Shown here: piece after piece, positions 17,656 to 26,856 of the stretch
Layout of the letters: every line of letters begins with the position of its first letter
How positions within the stretch are numbered: position 1 is the stretch's first letter
Source: a virus
Lineage: Duplodnaviria > Caudoviricetes
Length of the DNA stretch: 38,766 bases
Strand: one strand, 5' to 3'
IMG/VR virus record: IMGVR_UViG_3300002301_000036
Span: 1-38,766 of that record
Program-made: the position numbers and the translations under genes
The notes under the pieces: model-generated
Seen by the model: the letters and a program-made list of their open reading frames with translations, nothing else
Told to the model about the DNA's origin: nothing
Databases searched by the model: none

Positions 17656-18343
17656 TGGTAACTCCCTTTTTATTAACAAACTCTTTTGCGATATGCCTAA
17701 CTGACTCGTGGTCATAAAAGGCTTTTACTCTAGCAGTTTTATAGACCTTACTTTCGTCCGTGTGTAACATTGAACCAATACGTACATAAGCCTCTATAAA
17801 TGGCATAACGTGTTCAGAAGTAGCTCTAGGCACAACTTGAGTTCTAATGTGTCCACCGACCTCTAAAGCAGCCATAACAGGTGTTTTATTATCACTCTTA
17901 TCTGATTGTTTACGACGACCACCTATAAATACTTCGTCTACCTCCACTGGCGTGCCTAAGAAACCAAGTTTTTCTTTCTCGTGCATAAGCAAACGTATCA
18001 TCTTTTCCATTCTATGAGCCGTTTTATATGAGACTTCTACTTGTCTTTCAAGTTCTTTAGCACTTACTCCATTCTTTGATACTGAAAATAAGTAAATAGC
18101 GTGAAACCAATCAGTAAGTGGTGTAGTGGACTTCTGGAAGATAGTGCCGACTAGGGGGAATATCTGATGCTTACATTCCTTACAAACAAAAGAAGGCTTA
18201 CTTTTAACCCGATAAAACTTAGCACCGACAGTACCGCACTTAGGACAGGTTTTTATATTACCAAGACGCTTATCAAAGAGGAACTTTAAGCAAGCTTCAT
18301 CATTGGGGAACTGCTCCTGCATCTGTCTAAGCGTATATCTCAT
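17483..18343 (-). CDS. IS1595-family DDE transposase
   Basis: Zn ribbon CPKCG...CKEC, GVSAKELERQ HTH, VEVDEVFIGG, HTDE, TTNHVEGFF, EFAYRYN; promoter TTGACA-16-TATACT 7 nt upstream. Confidence 0.96.
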   Translation of the reverse strand: MRYTLRQMQEQFPNDEACLKFLFDKRLGNIKTCPKCGTVGAKFYRVKSKPSFVCKECKHQIFPLVGTIFQKSTTPLTDWFHAIYLFSVSKNGVSAKELERQVEVSYKTAHRMEKMIRLLMHEKEKLGFLGTPVEVDEVFIGGRRKQSDKSDNKTPVMAALEVGGHIRTQVVPRATSEHVMPFIEAYVRIGSMLHTDESKVYKTARVKAFYDHESVRHIAKEFVNKKGVTTNHVEGFFGQFRRSLDGTYHSVSPRYLGSYAAEFAYRYNHRRELIFPLLLAKAAQRV

Positions 18344-18496
18344 ACTAACCAGTATACGCTTAATTTACTTACTGTCAAGTTAATGATTACTACAGTTAGT
18401 TATGTACTCTTTGTTGTTAAATATATGGAGTGTGGATAAATCAAAGAGTAAGCTAAAAACCCACTACCGTTAGGTTACTCTGACTACACACTCCTC

Positions 18497-18935
18497 GGTC
18501 AATCTCAAGGTTATCCGTAGCCTCACACTCAGTACATCTATGATTGTCCCTGTCTAGTACTGCTTTGCGCCATTTCCTATATGGCTGTGAATCTGTTCGA
18601 TATTTTCGGTTGGCGGCATTCAGTTTATATAAAGGATGGTTAGGTCCGAAACGATGTTGACTATACCATTTGCCACCGCAGGACTTGGAGCAAAATTGAC
18701 CCCGATTATATTTTAGTTCAGATTTAAATATAATAATTTTCTTACCACATACCTTACAGGCTAATTCCACTCGACTATTGCGACTAGCATATCCACAAGG
18801 TTTAGAACAAAATCTCTCAAATCGTGAATGTTTCTTTAAGTAGTCGGCAGAATATCTTGATTTAAATATCTTACCGCAAGTATTGCACTTCCTGTTGGGG
18901 AATACTTTAATTTCACCCTTAAACGGTCTAGCCAT
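18497..18935 (-). pseudogene. HNH endonuclease with N-terminal Zn-finger repeats, 5' fragment
   Basis: CNTCGK..FCSKPC, CKVCGK..FCSKSC, WRKAVLDRDNHRCTEC..LEID, then runs into the IS end. Confidence 0.92.
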
Positions 18936-18970
18936 TACCTAAGTATATAGTATGTATATATTAAATACAA

Positions 18971-19873
18971 CTAGGTGATTGTATTTGGCGGTATCCAGAA
19001 AATATTATAAATGTTGTCGCCCATTGGTTTCTGAACTAACCCCGTTGATTTAGCAGCATAGGCCTCAGTATATCTCTGCATCAAATCCTCATATAACCCC
19101 TTATATAGTGTCGCATTGCCATCTTCATTACGTTTTAGGTAGTAGTTATAGGCAGCAAAATATATCGGGGCCATTTGAAACTCTTCGGGGATATCGGGGA
19201 CTGACCCAATAATACAAGGGGCTGTATTCTCGGTTGGCCCTTGATAATAGTTCTCTAGAGTCAACTGAGAGGCTGTAGCTGCCACAATTGGATACCAGTT
19301 ACCGTCTGAGCCGTCGGTTACTGAGAAAAACATTCCTGCCATGCTGGTTGTAAAAGCAGTCGAGGGCGATGTCACAAATTGAGAGCCATTATTTACTGTA
19401 ACAGTGATGTTAGTAGTATCATCTAGAATCATGTCGGTCATGCGAGGCTCATAAGATACAATCAGACCCGCTGTGACCGAAGTGGCTGGTGTAGGATACA
19501 AACCTACTTCATTTCTGCCCCTCACAAAGTAAAACTGCGGTGTGACCACTGTATTAGATGGAATTACGTTCAATTTGTTCCACAGTTGTTCTGAGTCAAC
19601 TTCTTCTAGCGGCCAGTTGTAGCCGCCTGCACCTGTGTTGGCCTTAACCTTAGTTATCCTGACCATATCCTCGGGGAAGGTATAATATTGCTGCCCAGCC
19701 ACCAAATTAGCAGTCACTTCTTTTCGTGTGAAATATCTGCGAGTAGTATTTTTGAATAATCTAACAGCCTGATTGATATCAGCTTTAGCATTGGCTTTAT
19801 CAATAGAGTCTTGAGTAGCGTTAGTCCCTACCAAGTTTAAGGCTCGAGTATACATGTTAGTAAATGTCAGCAT
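18971..19873 (-). CDS. head-tail adaptor / tail tubular protein A-like
   Basis: ADINQA, LVAGQQYYTFPED, LYPTP, PDIPEEFQMAPIYFAA; likely ATG 19873 (TAATG coupling). Confidence 0.75.
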   Translation of the reverse strand: MLTFTNMYTRALNLVGTNATQDSIDKANAKADINQAVRLFKNTTRRYFTRKEVTANLVAGQQYYTFPEDMVRITKVKANTGAGGYNWPLEEVDSEQLWNKLNVIPSNTVVTPQFYFVRGRNEVGLYPTPATSVTAGLIVSYEPRMTDMILDDTTNITVTVNNGSQFVTSPSTAFTTSMAGMFFSVTDGSDGNWYPIVAATASQLTLENYYQGPTENTAPCIIGSVPDIPEEFQMAPIYFAAYNYYLKRNEDGNATLYKGLYEDLMQRYTEAYAAKSTGLVQKPMGDNIYNIFWIPPNTIT

Positions 19874-20790
19874 TAGTTTGCCTCGTAAGTTACGCCAAAA
19901 CCAAAGAATGCCTTCGTGCCAGAAGAAGTCCATGCCCCTGAAGCCATTGTTTTGTAAACATTGCCGGTTAAAGATGCCCCAGTAAGCTGCAATTGCCCAG
20001 GAGATGTGGCGACAGAACTGTTGTCGGTCACAAACAGCGTATAGGTAGCGTTAGCTTTTGGAGCAACAGGCAGCTGAATAGTGGCAGTAGTAGCATTGGA
20101 TGTGCCAGTACACGAAAACTCCAGTATGACTGTTTTGCCAATCTGTATATAATGCCCGTACTGAGAAGGCGTACCCGTATATCCCGTAGGTGTTATATTC
20201 CACCCCGAGTAGGCCCAGGTTGTACCAGTTGAAGCAACTAAGTTGTTGGGGATAATAATTGCGTTGCCCGAGAACTGTCCGCTGGTCACTCCGATACCGT
20301 AAATTGTACCTGACGTACTGGCCGAATACCCTGTTATAGAATCACTACTAATAGTAGCGTTAGTGATGGTCGGCGAGTTAATGGTAGGACTAGTTAAAGT
20401 CTTGTTGGTCAAAGTCTGAGTAGCCGCTAGTCCAACAATTGTATCGGAAGCATCTGGGACTGTAAGTGTCCGAGTGTTACCAGTTGTGATACCAGATAAC
20501 TGAAATTGCAGTTTTTTAGTGTTATCGCCGTTGTCTTCTAGGGTAAATAGGCTATCTAGAATCGTCAAAGTATTGGTTATACCCAAAGTTTTATTGCTCA
20601 GACTTTGAGTATCAGTTAAGCCAACTGGTTGAGAAGCAATATTCAGATATGTATTGCGGTTAATTGCCTGAGTCGCCGTAGCTGATGCCGTGTAAATAGG
20701 AATATAGTCATTAGAGCCGTCTATACTGTTGGCTACAGGTAGAGCAGTTGCTCCTCCCGTACCAGTTCCAGCTATAACATTATTAGTCAT
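19873..20790 (-). CDS. tail/virion fibre protein
   Basis: TQSLSNKTL and TQTLTNKTLTSP repeats, RTLTVPD, C-terminal YIQIGKTV...LPVA domain. Confidence 0.75.
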   Translation of the reverse strand: MTNNVIAGTGTGGATALPVANSIDGSNDYIPIYTASATATQAINRNTYLNIASQPVGLTDTQSLSNKTLGITNTLTILDSLFTLEDNGDNTKKLQFQLSGITTGNTRTLTVPDASDTIVGLAATQTLTNKTLTSPTINSPTITNATISSDSITGYSASTSGTIYGIGVTSGQFSGNAIIIPNNLVASTGTTWAYSGWNITPTGYTGTPSQYGHYIQIGKTVILEFSCTGTSNATTATIQLPVAPKANATYTLFVTDNSSVATSPGQLQLTGASLTGNVYKTMASGAWTSSGTKAFFGFGVTYEAN

Positions 20791-20985
20791 TTAAACTCCC
20801 GATGCCGTCCACAGAGTTGGATATCTGTTAATATCGTACGTCCCATTGGTAACCAAGAAATTACCAGTGTTGGTGACTAGAAAATTACCCAAATTAGTGA
20901 CTAGAAAATTCTGGCCAGGGGCAATAATGTACCCTGTACCTGAAGGTGGCTGCCATGCTGTTAGATTTTTGACTAAGACCGTCAT
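20791..20985 (-). CDS. small virion protein with three NFLVTN repeats
   Basis: GGAGG SD; QNFLVTNLGNFLVTNTGNFLVTNG. Confidence 0.75.
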   Translation of the reverse strand: MTVLVKNLTAWQPPSGTGYIIAPGQNFLVTNLGNFLVTNTGNFLVTNGTYDINRYPTLWTASGV

Positions 20986-20993
20986 TTAGCCTC

Positions 20994-21368
20994 CTATACC
21001 ATGTTAAAGTAAAAACTGACCACTGTTGAACCGGCAGTTTTAAGATATACATTGGACATATTAGAGCAATCAAATGTAATCGTCTGGCCTGCTGGCACTG
21101 CGAAATAAGCCGTTTGCGTGGAATCTTCCGATATTTGCACTGGGTTTGTAACTGGAGAAACCGTAATCTGTGCAGCATTTGGTGGTACTACTAAAGTTTT
21201 GGTGGTGTTGACGGTTACTGGAGATGTTACTGGAGTCCCAGTGTTGTCTTGAGTCTGCATGTAATTACCCAATACACCAGTCATAGCCACACGGTTGCCA
21301 TCAGTTCTTAAACCACCGAAATTACTGGTCTGGTTTTCTGTTTTGAATGTGGGTGGATTATATGCCAT
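20994..21368 (-). CDS. virion structural protein (DGNRV family, paralog of 23042..23488)
   Basis: ATG 21368 after AGGAG; RTDGNRV, VPAGQTITF..NMSNVYL. Confidence 0.75.
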   Translation of the reverse strand: MAYNPPTFKTENQTSNFGGLRTDGNRVAMTGVLGNYMQTQDNTGTPVTSPVTVNTTKTLVVPPNAAQITVSPVTNPVQISEDSTQTAYFAVPAGQTITFDCSNMSNVYLKTAGSTVVSFYFNMV

Positions 21369-21381
21369 TTTTCTCCTATAC

Positions 21382-21432
21382 AAAAAGCCCCTCTTTCAAG
21401 GGGCTAAAATTAGTTTGCCTGATTAAAGTTTA
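21382..21432 (-). promoter_or_regulatory. late promoter-leader-terminator element, copy 4
   Basis: TAAACT ttaatc AGGCA aactaattt TAGCCCCT tgaaag AGGGGCT TTTT gtat AGGAG aaaa ATG. Confidence 0.85.
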
Positions 21433-21837
21433 CTGCATTATTGAGCTATTATCAACCAGCAAAAGTTTTAGATTCATAGCCCTCAGACGTTCTAATATCA
21501 TCATAGCGGCCTGTTTGGAGGTGGATGCGTACTCGCCCATCATAACGGGCACTGGCCCTCCCTCCTGGCTGACGACTGGAAGACCAGTAAACTCAAAATA
21601 CCAGAGGGTGTCATATTCTAAGATGTCACCCACTTTAGCATCTGGCTTATAGGGCAAAGCCTGACTAACTGGCACGGTGTTAGGGCGATAGATTTCTGGA
21701 TTATGGTCGATTCCACCCTTAGCATTGATAAATAAATCACCATTCTCTAATGTTGGCTCACGAACTATTTCGTGGACGTGCTTCTCGTCACTTTCAACGA
21801 TTTTGGCGTTATCGACCATGTATTGAAAAACGTCCAT
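21430..21837 (-). CDS. hypothetical protein, fibre-associated
   Basis: Directly follows the fibre gene. Confidence 0.65.
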   Translation of the reverse strand: MDVFQYMVDNAKIVESDEKHVHEIVREPTLENGDLFINAKGGIDHNPEIYRPNTVPVSQALPYKPDAKVGDILEYDTLWYFEFTGLPVVSQEGGPVPVMMGEYASTSKQAAMMILERLRAMNLKLLLVDNSSIMQ

Positions 21838-21838
21838 A

Positions 21839-23041
21839 TTAAGTATTATTGTACCTTACTGTTTGGGCTATCGTCACGCCTGAGTTACCAGTTCCCAGAG
21901 CGACGGGAACTGTTGCGTTAACGGCCGCACCAGTTGGATAAGTCGAATTAACTGCCCAAGTATCGATTTCGACGCTAGTGCCAGCAGTCCAAGATGAATA
22001 ACACTGATAAGCAGTGCTACTTTTTATAATTGCTCCTTGGCCTATAACGGTAGCATAGGCCAAACTATAGTTGCCATTACCACCTCCCAAGGTATAAGTG
22101 ACTGTACCCGTAAAAGCAGTCGTACTGCCAAAAGTTATAGAGAAGTAGTTATCTGTCCACTTGCCTATTGTTGTGGCTTGACCTAATAGAGTGCCGTTAC
22201 CCAGTGTAATATTCCCCAAAGATGGCGTGTAAGTAGCTGGAGCACCGCCCATCGCCCCGCTAGAGGTCGACAACATACTGCTGACAATCACACCCGAAGC
22301 TATCGTGGTAGCATTCCCAACCGACGTGACATTTCCAGTCAAATTAGCATTGGTTGTTACATTACCCGCTGTTAATCCACTTGCAGTACCAGTAATATTA
22401 GTCCCGACTAGAGCTGAAGGAGTTCCTAAAGCTGGGGTCGTTAGAGTAGGTGAAGTCTGTAATACGATTGCCCCACTACCAGTTACATTAGTGGGATTTA
22501 AAGAAAACTGCGAGTAAGTCAACGGATTTATACCCACAGTCGTGACCGAAGAGGTCAACAGCCATGAAGTCAGAGCGTTGGCCGTACCACTGACGACTGG
22601 AATAGCCCCCGTATTGTTTATATCAGCAGAACTATTATAATCTGACGCTCGAGTAAAAACAGCTGGAATTAACGAAGTACCCACAGTCGTAAGATTATAT
22701 ATTCCATTAAATGCACCCGCAGACGCTCCACCTGTGGTTTGGGTATCATTTTTGACTAGGAGTCTTTGGCCAATGGTTGTAAAAGTATAGCCATCGACCG
22801 TGTAAATCGCTGCACTGTTCTGGGTTAACGTAGCTCCAACTCCCGAAACCCCGTTGTTGTAAGTAAAACCTGATGTATCCGAGACTTGAGTGGTGGCCGC
22901 CTGAACAGCTATAGCTGGATTTATCCCTGCCACCGCATTAGCAACAGCGGTAGTTACAAAAGCATCAGTAGCGATAAGAGTAGAATTATCACCTGCCGTC
23001 TGAGTTTTGGCTCGAGTCGTGATAGAGGAATAACCTAACAT
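21839..23041 (-). CDS. tail fibre protein
   Basis: DNSTLIATDAFV, VDGY...QRLLVKN...NGIY...TRASD (phage fibre N-terminal module), TSPTLTTPALGTP. Confidence 0.8.
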   Translation of the reverse strand: MLGYSSITTRAKTQTAGDNSTLIATDAFVTTAVANAVAGINPAIAVQAATTQVSDTSGFTYNNGVSGVGATLTQNSAAIYTVDGYTFTTIGQRLLVKNDTQTTGGASAGAFNGIYNLTTVGTSLIPAVFTRASDYNSSADINNTGAIPVVSGTANALTSWLLTSSVTTVGINPLTYSQFSLNPTNVTGSGAIVLQTSPTLTTPALGTPSALVGTNITGTASGLTAGNVTTNANLTGNVTSVGNATTIASGVIVSSMLSTSSGAMGGAPATYTPSLGNITLGNGTLLGQATTIGKWTDNYFSITFGSTTAFTGTVTYTLGGGNGNYSLAYATVIGQGAIIKSSTAYQCYSSWTAGTSVEIDTWAVNSTYPTGAAVNATVPVALGTGNSGVTIAQTVRYNNT

Positions 23042-23488
23042 CTAAACTCCTATATAAGTTACAACTGGGCTGGTGGAGACGCACACCACATAGACTAAAC
23101 TTAAATTATTAGCAGGGATTGTGACGGAAGCCCCAGCTGGAAGTTCTAACCCATTAGAGGTTGTAACGGTTGAATTACCCACAAAAACACTAACCGTATT
23201 GGTAGATAAGGCTTCTAGAGTAACACCTTGAGTGAGAGCTTGAGAGCCTAACGCACCCCTAGTCCCAGAGGCCGTAACTTGGCCGTTATAAATTACCGAT
23301 GCTACAGAAGGGTTAACTACTACTGTGCCAGCAGCTATGTTGACTAATAAATTGCCGCTGCCATCTATTTCTAGTGGTTGAACAGTCTTGCCGTCACTTT
23401 GCAACACTCCACCGACCGCTGGAACACGGTTGCCGTCTCTGGGGAGCGAGTAAGGGTTACCAGAACGATTTACTATATCTGTCGCCAT
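23042..23488 (-). CDS. virion structural protein (DGNRV family)
   Basis: PRDGNRV, ALSTNTVSVFVG, GLELPAGASVTIPANNLSLVYV. Confidence 0.75.
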   Translation of the reverse strand: MATDIVNRSGNPYSLPRDGNRVPAVGGVLQSDGKTVQPLEIDGSGNLLVNIAAGTVVVNPSVASVIYNGQVTASGTRGALGSQALTQGVTLEALSTNTVSVFVGNSTVTTSNGLELPAGASVTIPANNLSLVYVVCVSTSPVVTYIGV

Positions 23489-23540
23489 ATAAAAAGCCCC
23501 CTCCTTCGGGGGCTAGAATAGTTGCCTAATTTATACTATA
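23489..23540 (-). promoter_or_regulatory. late promoter-leader-terminator element, copy 5
   Basis: TATAGT ataaatt AGGCA actattc TAGCCCCC gaagga GGGGGCT TTTT at ATG. Confidence 0.9.
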
Positions 23541-24351
23541 CATCGTACAGAGATTTGATGCCAGTGAACCGTCTTTTTTCAATATCTAAATCATGCTTGT
23601 CTAGACGCACCTTATCTTGTTTGGCTAGTAAAGATTCCTCTTTTATGGTCAAAGATTTAAGTTTCTTATCTATTTTTTGAGTAATTTCTTGATATTCTTT
23701 AGATTTAGCGGTAATTCGCTCTTGTAAATCGTCCAATTCGCCTTGTTTCTTCTTGGTTTGTTGCTCGAAATCACTAACTGAAGTGGCTAGGGAAGCTTGT
23801 AAATCATCAATTTGTAGCGTTAAATCGTCAATATCTTTTTCTAGATTAATCTTAGTTGACTCTAAACGCTTAATATTGTCTTCTAGGCCATTGTGCATGT
23901 CTTGAAGCTCTAGTAATCGTTCGTTGGCCGTTTCAATCGTCCCAGATACTATCTTTTCTTGGGTTCGAGCATAACTTTCCTGGGCTTCGATGTCTTTTTT
24001 GACTTCTTTTTCGGCTTTTTTAAGGAGTATCAGATTATTTTCTGCTTTTTCGGTGTTGTATTCGACCGACTGGAGCTTAGTTTTAGCTATTGTGAGGTCA
24101 TTTGAGGCATTAACCAAAGCTCGGTTAAGTTCGGTGGCCTGCTCAGTAAGTCTCTGCTTGTGTTGGCTCTCTGCCCCGCTCATATCGTCGGCCAACTCTT
24201 GGAGTTTATACTCAAAGGCCTTAACTCGAGCCTCGTAAACCTTAAAAGTTATCGGAGCGTTATCTAAAAGTTTTTGTTTTTCGTCTAGAAAAGCTTCTCT
24301 AGCATCGAGCTCTTTAGTTCTTTGGTCGAGTTGGGCCTGTTGAAGTTCCAT
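23536..24351 (-). CDS. long coiled-coil protein
   Basis: 271 aa with continuous heptad pattern, E/K/L/Q-rich. Confidence 0.75.
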   Translation of the reverse strand: MELQQAQLDQRTKELDAREAFLDEKQKLLDNAPITFKVYEARVKAFEYKLQELADDMSGAESQHKQRLTEQATELNRALVNASNDLTIAKTKLQSVEYNTEKAENNLILLKKAEKEVKKDIEAQESYARTQEKIVSGTIETANERLLELQDMHNGLEDNIKRLESTKINLEKDIDDLTLQIDDLQASLATSVSDFEQQTKKKQGELDDLQERITAKSKEYQEITQKIDKKLKSLTIKEESLLAKQDKVRLDKHDLDIEKRRFTGIKSLYDV

Positions 24352-24838
24352 CGCTAAAATTAGGTTTTTCTATGCCTAAATATATCTTATTTATCATCTG
24401 TTCTTGTAATAGACCGTCATTCCAGTTAAACGAACGGGCTTGGGTCTCTTCGACATTTGGTCGGTCAGAGATTCGCTTCTTAGCGACCAGACGCTTGTAT
24501 AGTCCCTCAATAAACAAATCAGCATTTTCGCCAATCAACACTTCGGAATCTCCTGGATTGATTAACCAAGTTTGTTCATTGCCTGGTAGCTTCTGTTCGT
24601 AATTACCCGTAAAGTGGGCTCGACCTGTAATGACTCTAACTGCTCCCTGGTCGGTAAAGCTGGTTTCTTCGCCATCTGAGGGAAACCATTGCCAGGCAAA
24701 CGGTTCGGTATCTATGTTAATAACTCGTACCCACTCAGACGGCTGGTATCTATCTCGCAGTCTTTCTCGAAACGGCTTGTTTTCCTTGATTGACGTTGCT
24801 GTAGGTTGCTGGTTTTTGCTCGGTTGGACTTGTGGCAT
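24314..24838 (-). CDS. hypothetical phage protein
   Basis: AAGGAG SD before ATG. Confidence 0.75.
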   Translation of the reverse strand: MPQVQPSKNQQPTATSIKENKPFRERLRDRYQPSEWVRVINIDTEPFAWQWFPSDGEETSFTDQGAVRVITGRAHFTGNYEQKLPGNEQTWLINPGDSEVLIGENADLFIEGLYKRLVAKKRISDRPNVEETQARSFNWNDGLLQEQMINKIYLGIEKPNFSDGTSTGPTRPKN

Positions 24839-24986
24839 TAGGTGTCTCCTTGTTAATTAATTGGGTGGCATGGTCATACATACCCTGTAAACGCTTTAAT
24901 TCTCCGCTAACCCACGCTGGGTTACTCAGATTATTATATTGCTCCTCTATCTTACTACGGTCGGCTAGTAACTCCTCTACGGTCAT
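24750..24986 (-). CDS. hypothetical protein
   Basis: TGcTATAAT 9 nt upstream of ATG; 3' end overlaps the next gene. Confidence 0.6.
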   Translation of the reverse strand: MTVEELLADRSKIEEQYNNLSNPAWVSGELKRLQGMYDHATQLINKETPNATSPTEQKPATYSNVNQGKQAVSRKTAR

Positions 24987-25006
24987 ATATTCGTGATTAT
25001 AGCATA

Positions 25007-25615
25007 TTAATAGCTAGTTGTCCCGACATGGCCCATTTTGATGGTTGGGTCACAGTAAACCTCAAAGCCTGCTTCATTAGCCCGCTTACAAAACTCTACA
25101 TCTTCAGTGTGATGCAGGCCGTCTTTATCTTGGAAAGCCTCAAAATAGGGATAGGTTAACTTTTTAAATACACCTGTTTTAATTAGCATAAAACCCGTAC
25201 CCAGAGCAAAGCACCTAAATGGTTCAGTTGGGAAATCTTGAGAGGTCATGCTGACAGGTTTACCATCGACCATCATCTTAACAGTTGGCCCACTAATATC
25301 TTTAGAGCCTGGGTCTAAACGTACGTTGTAACTAGCTCCGATGATGTCCTTATCGGCATCTAGTAATTTTTTAATCGCATCATCAGGGAATATCATGTCG
25401 TTATCAATAAATAACAGATGGGTAGCATCTGATTCGAGTACGTCTCTGGCAACAATGCTACGATTTAAGTCCACATAACCACCGACTTGGGCTAGAACAT
25501 TGGGCGTAATCCCCTCTGACCATAGGTTATAGACATTACTCAGTAAAGAGACGGCTGTCTCAATTCTAATCGTACCGCCAGAGCAGATACCAACTGTTAA
25601 CTTAGGTTTTGGCAT
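25007..25615 (-). CDS. GT-A fold glycosyltransferase (GT2-like)
   Basis: THLLFIDNDMIFP (DxD), GTGFMLIKTGVF, EDVEFC, GHVG. Confidence 0.85.
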   Translation of the reverse strand: MPKPKLTVGICSGGTIRIETAVSLLSNVYNLWSEGITPNVLAQVGGYVDLNRSIVARDVLESDATHLLFIDNDMIFPDDAIKKLLDADKDIIGASYNVRLDPGSKDISGPTVKMMVDGKPVSMTSQDFPTEPFRCFALGTGFMLIKTGVFKKLTYPYFEAFQDKDGLHHTEDVEFCKRANEAGFEVYCDPTIKMGHVGTTSY

Positions 25616-26126
25616 ACCAGATACTCGTTCCTTTCGCTACTTTATGTCTGGGCAGTAATTCTCCAACCGCTTGTCTGACGGCAACAATGTTAGTGTAGTC
25701 GTGGCCACACAACAACCCGCCTGGGGCTAGTCGGTTCAACCACGCACTGACATCTCTTTTTACATCTTTATACTCGTGAGAACCGTCGATAAACACCATA
25801 TCTGGCATAAAAGCCACCTTGAAGTCTGAATGGCTGGCTAGGACGGGGATTACTGTCTCCTGGTCAATCAAGTCTTTCAGATTGGTAACAAAAGATTCAA
25901 AATAATCTTCCCTTAGTTTATCGGAGATGTCCCGAGGCCCGACAAAATCATCTACCGCAAATACTCTACCTAGCGTGTTATCACCCAACGCCCTAGTCGA
26001 ACGACCAACAAAAGACCCAATCTCGACTATATTGATGTGTTTCTGGGCTTGTTTGGCCAACCATTTTAACTCTTCGCTAGTCATCCAGCCAGGTATATTT
26101 TCGGCTGCCTTTAGTTTAATAGACAT
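25602..26126 (-). CDS. class I SAM-dependent methyltransferase (Methyltransf_24-like)
   Basis: IPGWM, VEIGSFVGRST, FIDGSHEY..VKRD, LAPGGLLCGHDY; likely ATG 26126. Confidence 0.9.
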   Translation of the reverse strand: MSIKLKAAENIPGWMTSEELKWLAKQAQKHINIVEIGSFVGRSTRALGDNTLGRVFAVDDFVGPRDISDKLREDYFESFVTNLKDLIDQETVIPVLASHSDFKVAFMPDMVFIDGSHEYKDVKRDVSAWLNRLAPGGLLCGHDYTNIVAVRQAVGELLPRHKVAKGTSIWYAKT

Positions 26127-26712
26127 AACTACCGATATGGCCAACTTGGATAGTCGGTGAAATCCATACGTCAAACCCAGCGTTGCGGGCGTTGATACAA
26201 AACTCGATATCTTCGGTGTGATGCTCTCCGTCCTCCTCCTCCCATGCTATAAAATAAGGTTTCTCTAGTTTGTCAAACACGGAGGTTTTAATTAGCATAA
26301 AGCCTGTACCGACCCCTGAACATTTGAATAATTTTGGCCCCATGTTAAATTCCATTTCGGTATGGGAAGTAAGGTCATCACCAATCTTGACAGTTGAGAC
26401 ACTTGGCTTGCCAGTTACTCCACGAGCGTTGTAAGGGCCTGCCACAATATCTTTGTCGTGGTCTAGTAAACGCAGTATCCCATTGGGGGGGAAAACCATA
26501 TCGTTGTCGATGAACATTAGATGGGTGTTACCGTTTTCCTGAGCCGTTTTTACCAATTCGTTACGGTTTCTAGCTACATAGCCACCAATCATAATCGACA
26601 CACTGGCTTCTACATCTTTTTGTCTTAAAACCTCTAAGGCATGAAGTAACGAGTTAACTGTCTCGGAACGCATCGTGCCGCCAGTACACACTCCAATTAG
26701 TACCTTATACAT
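26116..26712 (-). CDS. GT-A fold glycosyltransferase (GT2-like), paralog of 25007..25615
   Basis: THLMFIDNDMVFP, GTGFMLIKTSVF, EDIEFC, GHIG; ATG 26712 lies 7 nt after TGtTAGAAT. Confidence 0.85.
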   Translation of the reverse strand: MYKVLIGVCTGGTMRSETVNSLLHALEVLRQKDVEASVSIMIGGYVARNRNELVKTAQENGNTHLMFIDNDMVFPPNGILRLLDHDKDIVAGPYNARGVTGKPSVSTVKIGDDLTSHTEMEFNMGPKLFKCSGVGTGFMLIKTSVFDKLEKPYFIAWEEEDGEHHTEDIEFCINARNAGFDVWISPTIQVGHIGSYVY

Positions 26713-26734
26713 TAAATTTATTCTAACATAATGC

Positions 26735-26759
26735 AAAACCGCCCACAATAGGGGCGGTT
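26735..26759 (-). terminator. intrinsic terminator ending the capsid operon
   Basis: AACCGCCC ctattgt GGGCGGTT TT; no upstream AGGCA/-10 unit. Confidence 0.75.
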
Positions 26760-26856
26760 GGGTAGGTGCTTGTTTGTTTTAAAGCCTTTACGAAGTGATG
26801 GAATAGGGATAGAGAAGGTACTATTGCGGGTTTACATTACCCCTGTAATCGCAATC

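Larger units (their letters stand above)
16441..18496 (-). mobile_element. IS1595-family element, 2056 bp, with passenger genes
   Basis: 8-bp duplication GGTCAATC at 16433-16440 and 18497-18504; inverted ends CACGAGTGTGTAGTCAAGGTAAC vs GAGGAGTGTGTAGTCAGAGTAAC (19/23). Confidence 0.95.

Noticed and set aside
18453-18496. C-terminal RGVCSQSNLTVVGF of the HNH ORF
   Set aside because: Read-through into the IS terminal repeat; the true C-terminus is at 16293-16440
26735-26759. Possible eighth copy of the late leader
   Set aside because: Lacks AGGCA, TAGCCC and an upstream -10 box; its promoter lies downstream, so it is treated as a plain terminator
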